Source: a virus
Taxonomy: Duplodnaviria > Caudoviricetes
Direction: 5' to 3' (one strand)
DNA: 55,616 nt
IMG/VR virus record: IMGVR_UViG_3300045242_000161
Coordinates: 1 to 55,616 of that record
Part shown: positions 27,425 through 35,951 of the stretch, piece after piece
Numbering within the stretch: position 1 is the stretch's first letter
Layout: each line of letters starts with the position of its first letter
Program-made: the position numbers and the translations under genes
Notes under the pieces: generated by a model
What the model saw: only the letters and a program-made list of their open reading frames with translations
Databases searched by the model: none
What the model was told of the DNA's origin: nothing

Positions 27425-27730
27425 GTGACCGAAGAGCACCTCTGGAAGATCTGGAGACCAAGGCTTAGAGGGTGGTGGGAACGTGTCGAGGTATACCAAC
27501 CTGTTGGATATCCGGATGTATACGGCATCCATGAGGTCCAACCGCAGTACCTGGAACTCAAAGTAGGACCGCCATCTCCGAGTCTGCTACGCGCTTCGCA
27601 AAGAATCTGGTTGCGCCGATGGTGGGAACTAGGAGGCGTGGCACACATCATGGTAGGCGACGCAGACCACATCCTCTTCTTCAAGGACCTGGACCTACGC
27701 CGCCCTGTTGAGGTGCCGTTTTACAGGTAG
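27425..27730 (+). CDS. VRR-NUC / PD-(D/E)xK nuclease (resolvase-like)
   Basis: GYPDV...YLELK...SQRIWLRRWWELGG. Confidence 0.75.
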   Translation: MTEEHLWKIWRPRLRGWWERVEVYQPVGYPDVYGIHEVQPQYLELKVGPPSPSLLRASQRIWLRRWWELGGVAHIMVGDADHILFFKDLDLRRPVEVPFYR

Positions 27731-28269
27731 AAGTATTTGGCGGTGCGTTTGATTTTCCGCGGCATCCGACTCACTGCCTCGTGGAAGCGTATCAAATGCG
27801 TGTTGCGGTCCTTCTCAGGTAGGCTAGACTCCAGGGCCTCGTGCAACTGTCCGGCAGGGCAGTGGAAGTCGGTGTAGCCGGTCCTGATGATGTGATAGTA
27901 CCATGGACTCGGAGGCGCCTCGTCATTCGTCGTCATGACATAGGCGAAACCGGTGACGGTCTTCTTCTTGGTCCTCACGGGGAGGAGCACCCGCTGGTAG
28001 AGACGGGGCCATCCTTCATACGCATCCAGGGCCCGCACGTTGTTTTCCTCCACCCACCAGAGACCTACGGGCAGGCTGCCGCCTCGCTGTGGGACGATAT
28101 CCGCCACTCCGCGGAACACGAGCTCGGCCGAGATACGCCCAGAGCAGATGGCCTGTGCTCCTGGGCACCGGCCCTTCATCCCATCCTTGCTCATGTTGCT
28201 CCCATAGGCGATATAAGGTATCCGGGCCAGTTCGGCCGGAGTGAGGTTGTCGGCGTTCTTCCAAGGCAT
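27721..28269 (-). CDS. Gamma-glutamyl cyclotransferase family protein
   Basis: YIAYGSNM, RCPGA, LDAYEG, YVM, PSPWYYHII. Confidence 0.88.
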   Translation of the reverse strand: MPWKNADNLTPAELARIPYIAYGSNMSKDGMKGRCPGAQAICSGRISAELVFRGVADIVPQRGGSLPVGLWWVEENNVRALDAYEGWPRLYQRVLLPVRTKKKTVTGFAYVMTTNDEAPPSPWYYHIIRTGYTDFHCPAGQLHEALESSLPEKDRNTHLIRFHEAVSRMPRKIKRTAKYFYL

Positions 28270-28280
28270 CGTCTTACTCC

Positions 28281-29312
28281 TTATACGAATGAAGTGGTCA
28301 ACCAGGCGACGGCGAACTCAGGCAGCCCGTCGGTTAGATAACCGCGGATCTCAAACTGGGTGGCGGTTGTTGTAGCCACCGACCCCGTCGTCATGCGAAC
28401 CGGAACGTGATAGGTTGCGTTCGCGCCACGGCCCTCGCGCACTACGTTGATGCCCCGACTGCGAATATCACTAATCATGGACGAGATCGTCGCCATCTCC
28501 CAGCCCGTCAGGCTGGCGAGTTCAGCGGCGGTTGTGCGCCGCGCGATCACTGCTGTGCAGCAGAGTGCATTCTTCGTGCCGGAGCGGTAGGGGTTGATGA
28601 CGGGCTCCACCACCATCGCTGGGGCTGCTTCACCATTGCGTGGGGTCCGCATCTTCGCCACCGTCTCGTTGACGAAGAAGACCAAGAAAGCGATCCAACT
28701 GGCCACGCGTGCGGAGTCCAGCGTAGACTCATGCATCCGAAACTCGATGGTGCCCAGGTCCCCCAACCGCATCGTGTTGACACTCGCATACCGCGTGCCG
28801 TGGATGCCCGACGGCCGCATGTAAGAAGCTGCACTCCCCACCACCAGGTTCCAGGCATTCTGCATCGACCGGCTGCTCATCGCAGGGCAGTAATGCGGAT
28901 TGTTCTGCCGATGTTCGGGGAAGTGCTGCATGATTTCAGTTTCGAACTGGCCGTAGCGCCAAACCACCGCCGCCTGCTCGGCTGGGCTAAGGTCGCGGGC
29001 ATCAACATGAACATGGATGCCACACCGCTGATTGGTGACATAACCGTTGGTGCGAAGAAGGTCCACGACCTTCACCACTTCGGCCCGACCACGAGCGTCC
29101 TTGAGCTTGGGGCTCACCAACTCAACGCCACGATCGTAGCCGATCGAGCCGTCGGTCTTGGCGCTCCAGTTGCGGTGCGCGTTACGCTGGAAGTAACCGC
29201 GGGCCGAAGTGCTTACACCATTTTCAGTGAGCAACCTCGCGGCGGAGGCTGTCGGACTCGGCGTATGCGGAGGCGACCAGCACTCGATCTCAACTCCAAA
29301 GTAGCGTCCCAT
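28281..29312 (-). CDS. Amidoligase (COOH-NH2 ligase) with C-terminal winged-HTH-like domain
   Basis: FGVEIE, DGSI, ELVSP, CGIHVH, RYASVN, TIEFR; then GTKNAL...TAAELASLTGWEMATISSMIS...TYHV. Confidence 0.85.
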   Translation of the reverse strand: MGRYFGVEIECWSPPHTPSPTASAARLLTENGVSTSARGYFQRNAHRNWSAKTDGSIGYDRGVELVSPKLKDARGRAEVVKVVDLLRTNGYVTNQRCGIHVHVDARDLSPAEQAAVVWRYGQFETEIMQHFPEHRQNNPHYCPAMSSRSMQNAWNLVVGSAASYMRPSGIHGTRYASVNTMRLGDLGTIEFRMHESTLDSARVASWIAFLVFFVNETVAKMRTPRNGEAAPAMVVEPVINPYRSGTKNALCCTAVIARRTTAAELASLTGWEMATISSMISDIRSRGINVVREGRGANATYHVPVRMTTGSVATTTATQFEIRGYLTDGLPEFAVAWLTTSFV

Positions 29313-29350
29313 CTTCTTTCTCCAGGTTGTGGTATCGTCTTAATAACGAC

Positions 29351-29380
29351 ATGATACCATATTTCCGACCTAAACGCAAG
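29351..29380 (-). promoter_or_regulatory. Phage promoter family copy (amidoligase-GGCT unit)
   Basis: CTTGCGT-N17-TATCAT. Confidence 0.7.
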
Positions 29381-29406
29381 GTCGAAATTACCTGGAGTAA
29401 AGAAAT

Positions 29407-29973
29407 TCATTTAGTCTTTTCTGCCGCCAGACACAGCTGTAGAAACTCGGCGCGAGCAGAAGGCTCGTCACGGAAACACCCGAGCATCGCACTGGTGGTG
29501 GTCACCGACTGGTGGAGCTTAACGCCACGACTCGACATGCAGCCGTGCTCAGCGCGTATGAGCACACCGACGCCTAGCGGTTCTAGGTTGCGTGAGAGGC
29601 AGTCCGCCACCTGCATAGTGATACGCTCCTGGACCTGAAGGCGGGCGGCGTAGGCTTCGACCACGCGGGCCAGTTTGGAGAGTCCTACAATCTTACCGGA
29701 TGGCACGTAACCGACATGTGCGGTTCCGATGATCGGGGCCAGGTGGTGTTCACAGTAACTGTGCACGTCAATCCCGTGGACGATTACCATCGCGTCGTAA
29801 TCGTTATCATTCTCGAAGGTCTTCAACAATTCGTCCGGGTTGATAGAGTAGCCACGCATCCAATACCGCCACGCCTCGGCGGCACGTCGCGGTGTCTCAA
29901 ATAGGCTGGGACGGTTGACATCCTCACCCGTAGCATGGATTAATTCGATGAAGATGTCTTCTAACTGCTTCAT
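29407..29973 (-). CDS. folE: GTP cyclohydrolase I
   Basis: ETPRR, SYCEHHLAP, GLSKLAR, LQVQER, HGCMSSRG. Confidence 0.95.
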   Translation of the reverse strand: MKQLEDIFIELIHATGEDVNRPSLFETPRRAAEAWRYWMRGYSINPDELLKTFENDNDYDAMVIVHGIDVHSYCEHHLAPIIGTAHVGYVPSGKIVGLSKLARVVEAYAARLQVQERITMQVADCLSRNLEPLGVGVLIRAEHGCMSSRGVKLHQSVTTTSAMLGCFRDEPSARAEFLQLCLAAEKTK

Positions 29974-30080
29974 TATCGCCTCGTGAAGATCAGTATCAGG
30001 GCGATTACCATAGCAATGCCCATACTGAAGCCTGCGATGACTAGGCTGATGACGACAGTAAGTGTGTCAGCGGGCGGCAT
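29973..30080 (-). CDS. 35-aa single-TM peptide (not in ORF track)
   Basis: MPPADTLTVVISLVIAGFSMGIAMVIALILIFTRR; TAATG coupling to folE. Confidence 0.45.
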   Translation of the reverse strand: MPPADTLTVVISLVIAGFSMGIAMVIALILIFTRR

Positions 30081-30201
30081 TGGTCACAACTCCCCAAGGC
30101 GTTAGCTCAGAGGCGTCTGGCATCGTGCCGATCGCCATCCCGACCGCCCAGCCGAGCATGATGCCAACGACGATCCAGAGGGCGTGTCTCACGACATGCA
30201 T
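30067..30201 (-). CDS. 44-aa single-TM peptide
   Basis: MHVVRHALWIVVGIMLGWAVGMAIG...; overlaps neighbours by a few codons. Confidence 0.45.
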   Translation of the reverse strand: MHVVRHALWIVVGIMLGWAVGMAIGTMPDASELTPWGVVTNAAR

Positions 30202-30335
30202 ACGAAAATGGTCGCCATGACGCCGAAGAAAGCAACTGCTGGGATCGCCGCGGCACCCTCTCCGGCCATCGCCCATACGGCGACCGCGATGCCGGCCCAT
30301 ATTCCAGCGATGGCGATGCCTGTGCCGAGCGTCAT
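30189..30335 (-). CDS. 48-aa hydrophobic peptide, probably 2 TM (not in ORF track)
   Basis: MTLGTGIAIAGIWAGIAVAVWAMAGEGAAAIPAVAFFGVMATIFVCMS; RBS AGGAG; ATGA coupling. Confidence 0.55.
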   Translation of the reverse strand: MTLGTGIAIAGIWAGIAVAVWAMAGEGAAAIPAVAFFGVMATIFVCMS

Positions 30336-30532
30336 CGGCCACTCCTACCGGGCGCTTTTGTTGCCTCTCGGCATCGCGCCGCCCACTCGACGTTGGTTGC
30401 CGCCTTCTCCGAGTCGGGCGGCACCTTCGCCAGATGGTAGTTGGCATAGCGCGTGAACTGCTCGGCGGCAGCGACCAACGCAACGCGCATCTGAATTGCC
30501 CAGGCTTCCCGGTAATCGTCGAAGTATGTCAT
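30332..30532 (-). CDS. Hypothetical protein
   Basis: RBS AGGAG. Confidence 0.55.
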   Translation of the reverse strand: MTYFDDYREAWAIQMRVALVAAAEQFTRYANYHLAKVPPDSEKAATNVEWAARCREATKAPGRSGR

Positions 30533-30556
30533 CAGCCACTCCTGCAGATGAGGGGT

Positions 30557-31879
30557 TCACAGATTAACTTCAACTATGACTACGCCGGGTTCTAGGTCGA
30601 ACATGACCTGGATGACGTTGTGCACGGTGTTGATCGGCTTTGAACTGTTGAGTGGGTCATAGATGTTGACGATACTTTTCCGTGTATCGAATGTGAGCGT
30701 TACTGTGACGGAGTCACCCTGATTGAGCTCTTCAGCCGCATACCAAATTGGGACAAGGAACCGTCCTCCATCGGCCGCCTGATACACGTCGTAGTCCATG
30801 GCCTCGGTCAGACCCGTCATTTCTACGTCCAGCTTACCCGGTTCAAAGCCATACCGATCACCCCTATCGGAACAGATATCGCACATGTTGCGGATCGCTT
30901 CAGCCACCGGCCGCGGATCATTGGCGAACCCTTGCGGAAACAAACCGCATTTGTAGACGGTGCCATAGTCGAACAAGGCGTACCACCACAGACCCTGCGT
31001 GCCATTCTGGCAGCAGCGCAACCAGGTGCACAGAGTGTAGTAGGCATCGCGCTCGCCCGACCAACCGTCCTGGTCCGGCTTGAACCCGCGGCTGTTGTAC
31101 AAGGTCGGATGGAACTCGGTCAAGTGGATCGGTTTGTTTGCATATGCGGTCCATAAACCGCCGATGTATTCATTGACTGAATAACCTGTATTCGGCACGT
31201 CGGGACTCGCGGGCGGATAGTAGTGGCCATTGCCGAAGCTGAACAGAGCATTCAACGCGGCCAGGTTCTCCGGCGTCTCGCAGTAGCCCGTGATCCAGCC
31301 TTCAGGGTGCGGTGTGCCGGCTACGATACTGGGACCCATGATACCTTCGTCTTCACCGTCGAGGATGGCATTCTGTATAGCGAGGGTAACGGCAAACGGA
31401 ACCTCGCCACTGCCGAAGTCGGTATTGGGCTCATTGAGCCCTTCAACGTAGTGGTGGGGCAGTTGAAGCATCGTAGGGACGTCGGCGGAACTGGCATTGG
31501 CGGCAGGGCAGACGGTGAACTTCGTATCAGGGAACGCTCCGAGGATCCTGACGAACCATTGTTTCTGCATGTCGTAGCGACTCGCGTAGTGATATTCACG
31601 GATCGGTAAGGTGAACCCGCTATCACCAACCAAGTAACGCAGTGAGGCTATCACGGAGTCCGGTGAGTAGTTGGCAGGCCAACTGCCCCAGGTGTTATTC
31701 TCATCAAGACTGGAGAAGGTGTTGATGCCAAAGCGCTCAATCAGGTCAACTACGCGCTTGGCCTGGACACCTTCAAGGGGTTCAGGCGGTGTTGGCCCTG
31801 GGATACCAACCTCCTCCTCGAGCGCCGATACGCGTGCCTCTAACGCGTCGAACTCCTGACGGGTCACCGTGTCAGACAT
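30557..31879 (-). CDS. Putative clan GH-A glycoside hydrolase with N-terminal coiled coil and Pro linker
   Basis: EGLNEPN (acid/base), NGHYY, IHLTEF (nucleophile), WYALFD; RBS AAGGAGG. Confidence 0.65.
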   Translation of the reverse strand: MSDTVTRQEFDALEARVSALEEEVGIPGPTPPEPLEGVQAKRVVDLIERFGINTFSSLDENNTWGSWPANYSPDSVIASLRYLVGDSGFTLPIREYHYASRYDMQKQWFVRILGAFPDTKFTVCPAANASSADVPTMLQLPHHYVEGLNEPNTDFGSGEVPFAVTLAIQNAILDGEDEGIMGPSIVAGTPHPEGWITGYCETPENLAALNALFSFGNGHYYPPASPDVPNTGYSVNEYIGGLWTAYANKPIHLTEFHPTLYNSRGFKPDQDGWSGERDAYYTLCTWLRCCQNGTQGLWWYALFDYGTVYKCGLFPQGFANDPRPVAEAIRNMCDICSDRGDRYGFEPGKLDVEMTGLTEAMDYDVYQAADGGRFLVPIWYAAEELNQGDSVTVTLTFDTRKSIVNIYDPLNSSKPINTVHNVIQVMFDLEPGVVIVEVNL

Positions 31880-31891
31880 GGTGTGCCTCCT

Positions 31892-32524
31892 TCATGTATT
31901 CCAGTATCTGTCTACAAAGGTTCGCGCGGCGGCGATATGGTAGTAATTTTCGGTGCCTTTATTGGACCATAGGATACGACCTCGCCACTCACCGGCATCT
32001 ACTTTGACCGTAAACTCTTCTCCAATCTCACGCCTCCAGGGTTGGGCCTCCAGGACCAGTGACATATCGGTTTTGATGAAGGCTTCGTCCTGCGTGCGAC
32101 CACGTTGGAACCGCCTCGCGATGGCATGGATGCTGATCTGGCATATCGGCCGCGGGTAGAAACGGAATGAAGCCCGACCGAAGCTGTACTCAAAACCGGT
32201 GAGTGCGATGCTCTCCTCAAACTCCGCCTTATTCTCCCAGTGCTCAATCCGCATCTTCGAAGAGGTCATGCGGTAGTCCAATAGGCACAGGTTCTTCTTC
32301 GATCTGTCGATTATCAAAGGGGCGAGGCGAAACTCATTTGGCAATAACTCCACCATCGCGTGGAACTCATCCAACTGCTGCGGCTTGAAACAGGAGTGCC
32401 GCTGTTTCACCCAGCGCGCGGCGGTTTGTTCGATCTTATCGACGCCTAAGCAATATTTTTCATCCTCACGGTCAACACAGCGGATCAATTCACGTGCCTT
32501 TCCCATGTACTCGGCCGGTATCAT
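31892..32524 (-). CDS. Hypothetical protein
   Basis: RBS AGGAG; downstream of a family promoter. Confidence 0.65.
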   Translation of the reverse strand: MIPAEYMGKARELIRCVDREDEKYCLGVDKIEQTAARWVKQRHSCFKPQQLDEFHAMVELLPNEFRLAPLIIDRSKKNLCLLDYRMTSSKMRIEHWENKAEFEESIALTGFEYSFGRASFRFYPRPICQISIHAIARRFQRGRTQDEAFIKTDMSLVLEAQPWRREIGEEFTVKVDAGEWRGRILWSNKGTENYYHIAAARTFVDRYWNT

Positions 32525-32549
32525 CTCCTGCTCCTACATATGAGCAGAT

Positions 32550-32579
32550 AGTATAGACCCAGTCTACAGGAAACGCAAG
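32550..32579 (-). promoter_or_regulatory. Phage promoter family copy
   Basis: CTTGCGT-N17-TATACT. Confidence 0.7.
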
Positions 32580-32583
32580 AGGT

Positions 32584-33249
32584 TTAATCGTCAAAGATCA
32601 TTCCGCCCGTCTTATAAGAGGCAGGTGTGAGGCGGGCCACAGGATCCTTCGCCCATCTTAGGATGTCGGGAATGACGTTTGGCAGTTCCAGGTAAGTACA
32701 CCAGGCTTCTAGGCGCTCGAATTTGCGAATCACGTCCGCCACCGCTTCTTGCGTTGGTGCGTGGATCGTGCACATGCCTCCCTTACCGCCAGCGGGTTTA
32801 CGCATCTGGCTGAGACGGCCGAACAGTTGTCCACCAATCTCCCAATGCCCCCGGACGTGCTTGACCGTTATCATCGGAAAGTCACAAGATAGGGTGTGAA
32901 CATCATGGATGTTACAGCGGCCGTCTTCGACCCGAAGATAGCGGCACGCTAATTGACCTTGGCGGTCGGCTTGGAGGTCCGAGAAGAATTCGACTTCTTT
33001 CCCGTTGAAGGTTTCAACGCGTGATGGAATGTCTGGGGGTCGCGGTTCACTGGGGATCCAGTCCATGGTAAATGGACGGCAACACGCACCGCAGTGTGAA
33101 GGGCACTTGTAATCGCGGAACACGGACGGGCTCACGCGTAGCGGTTGTAAGGGGTAGTCGATCCCTTTGAATGTGAAATCCTCCGCCGCCACTGCGTGCA
33201 AGTATTTGGCGACCTTATCAAGCGAATCCATCAGGGTATGGTAGGGCAT
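32584..33249 (-). CDS. YkgJ/FliB-like cysteine-cluster protein
   Basis: CPSHCGACC...CRYL....GRCNIH....LSCDFP. Confidence 0.7.
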   Translation of the reverse strand: MPYHTLMDSLDKVAKYLHAVAAEDFTFKGIDYPLQPLRVSPSVFRDYKCPSHCGACCRPFTMDWIPSEPRPPDIPSRVETFNGKEVEFFSDLQADRQGQLACRYLRVEDGRCNIHDVHTLSCDFPMITVKHVRGHWEIGGQLFGRLSQMRKPAGGKGGMCTIHAPTQEAVADVIRKFERLEAWCTYLELPNVIPDILRWAKDPVARLTPASYKTGGMIFDD

Positions 33250-33267
33250 CGCTACTACCTAGCATGG

Positions 33268-33501
33268 CTAGTGCTTCGTCGCAAGCCTCTCTTTGTCGAA
33301 TTCTCCGGCTACGACAGCACGGACCGTGGCGACAAGTATCCGTGCACCCAACTCCCGGATCCGACGATTGAGTCCGGGAGTAGATAGGATGACTCCTGTA
33401 GATACACCCAAGGCCCGCATCGACATGTCAACAGACTTACCATCGCACAGTTTCACGATGGCAGTTACAAGTTTCTTGAGCTCTTCTTCTTCGTCGATCA
33501 T
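33268..33501 (-). CDS. Hypothetical protein
   Basis: ATGA-coupled; RBS GAGG. Confidence 0.55.
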   Translation of the reverse strand: MIDEEEELKKLVTAIVKLCDGKSVDMSMRALGVSTGVILSTPGLNRRIRELGARILVATVRAVVAGEFDKERLATKH

Positions 33502-33968
33502 GGAATGTCCTCATCTGTAATGAGAGGTATCCCCAAATTGGTAAGGAGTTCTCCTAATTGATTTGCCCCATTTAGGACGGATTCTCCTTGGCTACGTCGT
33601 TGGGCTTGGTATACACGAGCTAATACACCTCCGCAGTAATCCACCATGCAGTATCCGGCAGTTGAATCTCTTCCATGTCTTCTTGATCCAAGATACTCTT
33701 CAGTGTGGACAAGAATATCGCGAGACACATCTACAGTTGTTCGTCCGCGTCTCCTTGTTCGTTTGAAAATGTTGGTAGTAACAGGAGTGCAGAAAGATTT
33801 GGGAGACAGATGTTCTTCTATGATTTCAATCGCCTTATTCCATGGAGGTGAGAATCTCTCATATCCAAGGTCTCTTTCTACATCAGAGATTCTTACAATT
33901 CTACGGACATTGAGATCTTCTTTGATAACGTCACAGAACTCTCGTAAGCGAGCTGTATCAGGACTCAT
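33498..33968 (-). CDS. Hypothetical protein coupled to the ParB-like gene
   Basis: Start reassigned to ATG 33968, overlapping the ParB-like stop. Confidence 0.55.
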   Translation of the reverse strand: MSPDTARLREFCDVIKEDLNVRRIVRISDVERDLGYERFSPPWNKAIEIIEEHLSPKSFCTPVTTNIFKRTRRRGRTTVDVSRDILVHTEEYLGSRRHGRDSTAGYCMVDYCGGVLARVYQAQRRSQGESVLNGANQLGELLTNLGIPLITDEDIP

Positions 33969-35070
33969 TGGTAATCTGTTGAAGTAAATTTCGAGATCCT
34001 GGATTGTCGGATGAGGAACGTTGAATATGGCGGATCTGCCAGTCGTGGTAGGTCCGTGAGAATCTGTCACGGAGATTGGCTGCACGATGTGCAACGTTGT
34101 TAATCTCCTGGTGGATCTTGTGGAGTCGCTCATTTACTGTTTCACCTTCTAGTGTTGGTAGGAGTTCTTCCATCGCTTGGAGTTCTGTAGCAACTAAGTC
34201 ATATCGTAATGTCTCCTGTAACTTACTGATAATACGCCCTGTGTATTCAGTAAAGTTAACAAGACCGTCTCGATTATGGTAGTGTCGTGTTGCTCTTGTT
34301 GGTTCTTCTTCTTCCGGATCATCCTCAACTATCGGGGGATTACGCACAACACCGATAGACGGTTGCGGAGTAGGATGCGGTGGGTAAATAGGCTCAGGAA
34401 TGGCGACAGGCTCAGCTCGCTCTGCTGCTCTTTGTCGAGCGGCGGTTGTAGGACCGACTTCGTCGGGTCTTGGGGCGTTGAGTCGGACAATGGCTTGGTC
34501 TGCGTGATAGATCTTGGTGCATTCTCGGAAGATCTCAATACGATCAGGTTGTGCAGTTATGACTTCGTGGGCTTTGGCACATACTCGGGCCTGGTGGGTC
34601 ATGCCATTCGATGTAATATCAATCCATCCTAAGAATTCAGCTACATTTCTTTGGGCAGTTCGATTGTGTCCACCAGATCCGTTTGCCTGCGAATTCGCAG
34701 GCAAACCTTGTCTTGCCAGATGTTTTTCGGCAGCGATCCATACTTCCAAATACCGGAAGAAATGGGCGTCATAGTCGTTATCGTTTTCGTTCTTCATGAA
34801 TTGTAACATTTTTACATCGTCTATGTCTCTAACGATGATTGGAATTTCCGCTAAACCGGCACGTCTCCCTGCTTCAATACGATGGTGTCCAAATGCGATT
34901 TGGAACTTACCGCCTTGCGGTCGGGCTAATACGCCTTCCCAAAAACCAACTTCATTGATTGATGCCACGAGGCGTGCGACCTTATCTTCTCCAAGAGGAA
35001 AGGTCACCAAATCGCGGTGAGGGTTTGGCAGTAGTAAGTCGATTGGGATGTTTCGAAGCTCAGCCATCAT
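33958..35070 (-). CDS. ParB/sulfiredoxin N-terminal domain protein
   Basis: IPIDLLLPNPHR, LVASINEVG, FQIAFGHHRIEA, EN. Confidence 0.8.
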   Translation of the reverse strand: MMAELRNIPIDLLLPNPHRDLVTFPLGEDKVARLVASINEVGFWEGVLARPQGGKFQIAFGHHRIEAGRRAGLAEIPIIVRDIDDVKMLQFMKNENDNDYDAHFFRYLEVWIAAEKHLARQGLPANSQANGSGGHNRTAQRNVAEFLGWIDITSNGMTHQARVCAKAHEVITAQPDRIEIFRECTKIYHADQAIVRLNAPRPDEVGPTTAARQRAAERAEPVAIPEPIYPPHPTPQPSIGVVRNPPIVEDDPEEEEPTRATRHYHNRDGLVNFTEYTGRIISKLQETLRYDLVATELQAMEELLPTLEGETVNERLHKIHQEINNVAHRAANLRDRFSRTYHDWQIRHIQRSSSDNPGSRNLLQQITNES

Positions 35071-35345
35071 GTAATCTTCTTCGGGTGTATTGTGTAGGCG
35101 GTCAGCGGTCGGTTTGGCTCACCATCCGGGCGTAAGGGCAGCGCCTTTGACTGGGTCTTCCAGGTCTTCATGACGGCTGTCAGCGATGGGAACTTCATCG
35201 CGTGCTCTACGTTCGCGGTTGTTGTGGCGTATCCACGCCCTGCGAAAGCCTCTGCACTGAAGGTCTCGAGGTAGATGTGGTTCGTGTCGTTGAAGAAGTC
35301 CTCTTGGTCGTACACGATGACCATGACCCAGGTTTCAGTCATCAT
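35067..35345 (-). CDS. Hypothetical protein
   Basis: Coupled to the ParB-like gene; RPDGEPNRPLTAYT. Confidence 0.6.
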   Translation of the reverse strand: MMTETWVMVIVYDQEDFFNDTNHIYLETFSAEAFAGRGYATTTANVEHAMKFPSLTAVMKTWKTQSKALPLRPDGEPNRPLTAYTIHPKKIT

Positions 35346-35511
35346 CCTTTTCCATCACTAGGTGGGTATACATAGGGAGCATGTCGCATATATGTATTAT
35401 GGCCTGTTCCAATTCGGGTGTATTCTCGTCTTCGTCCATTGCCTGGTCTTCAAGCGAATGGCAGATATCGTGTATCTTCGCGGCAAGCGCGTTTTGGGAT
35501 CTTTTGTTCAT
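35335..35511 (-). CDS. Hypothetical 58-aa protein (not in ORF track)
   Basis: Hand translation MNKRSQNALAAKIHDICHSLEDQ...KDDD. Confidence 0.5.
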   Translation of the reverse strand: MNKRSQNALAAKIHDICHSLEDQAMDEDENTPELEQAIIHICDMLPMYTHLVMEKDDD

Positions 35512-35519
35512 GGTTCCGG

Positions 35520-35693
35520 TCAGGTCCTCAGTTGGCTGTTAAGAAGGGCGCATTGGATGTTGGCGTCTGACTCTGTCAGATCTCGCACAACAACATCCGT
35601 ATGCTTTGGCGATTGGCATAGCTTCACGATGTAGTAACTGCCCGTGTCATATTCATATACGCGGTATTCAAGGATTGTGTGTAGGTGCAGCAT
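35520..35693 (-). CDS. Hypothetical 57-aa protein (not in ORF track)
   Basis: Hand translation MLHLHTILEYRVYEYDTGSYYIV...; RBS GGAGG. Confidence 0.55.
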   Translation of the reverse strand: MLHLHTILEYRVYEYDTGSYYIVKLCQSPKHTDVVVRDLTESDANIQCALLNSQLRT

Positions 35694-35732
35694 ACTGCCT
35701 CCAGGTCATGGTAAAGAAAGTGCAATTTCAAT

Positions 35733-35762
35733 CTTGCGTGCTGGTGGAGTGCACGCTAGGAT
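35733..35762 (+). promoter_or_regulatory. Phage promoter family copy pointing toward the primase gene
   Basis: CTTGCGT-N17-TAGGAT. Confidence 0.65.
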
Positions 35763-35841
35763 TGTGATCCACCCACGAGGGTTCCAGTTGGCCGGATTCT
35801 GGGGACAAGATAACTCGCCACCAATAGCCGGCCCCTGAAAG

Positions 35842-35876
35842 TAGGGTCGGCGGCATTGGGGTGACCGCCGACCCTA
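35842..35876. repeat. Perfect 12-bp inverted repeat (attenuator/terminator-like hairpin)
   Basis: TAGGGTCGGCGG / CCGCCGACCCTA with 11-nt loop. Confidence 0.8.
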
Positions 35877-35921
35877 AGGTTTAAGACGGGGTGGCAGGCT
35901 GTATTCAGCTTCTGCAGTGCC

Positions 35922-35951
35922 CTTATAGACCCGTTCTTTGAAAAACGCAAG
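35922..35951 (-). promoter_or_regulatory. Phage promoter family copy facing the 35733 promoter
   Basis: CTTGCGT-N17-TATAAG. Confidence 0.65.

Noticed and set aside
28407-29354. 315-aa + strand ORF
   Set aside because: Antisense shadow of the motif-rich amidoligase; no RBS or recognisable motif. The same applies to most short antisense ORFs in the track
35742-35835. tmRNA/tRNA-Ala-like ends on the - strand (GGGGCCG...CTCCACCA)
   Set aside because: Acceptor stem fails after four pairs, there is no T-arm, and the CCA end lies inside a promoter spacer
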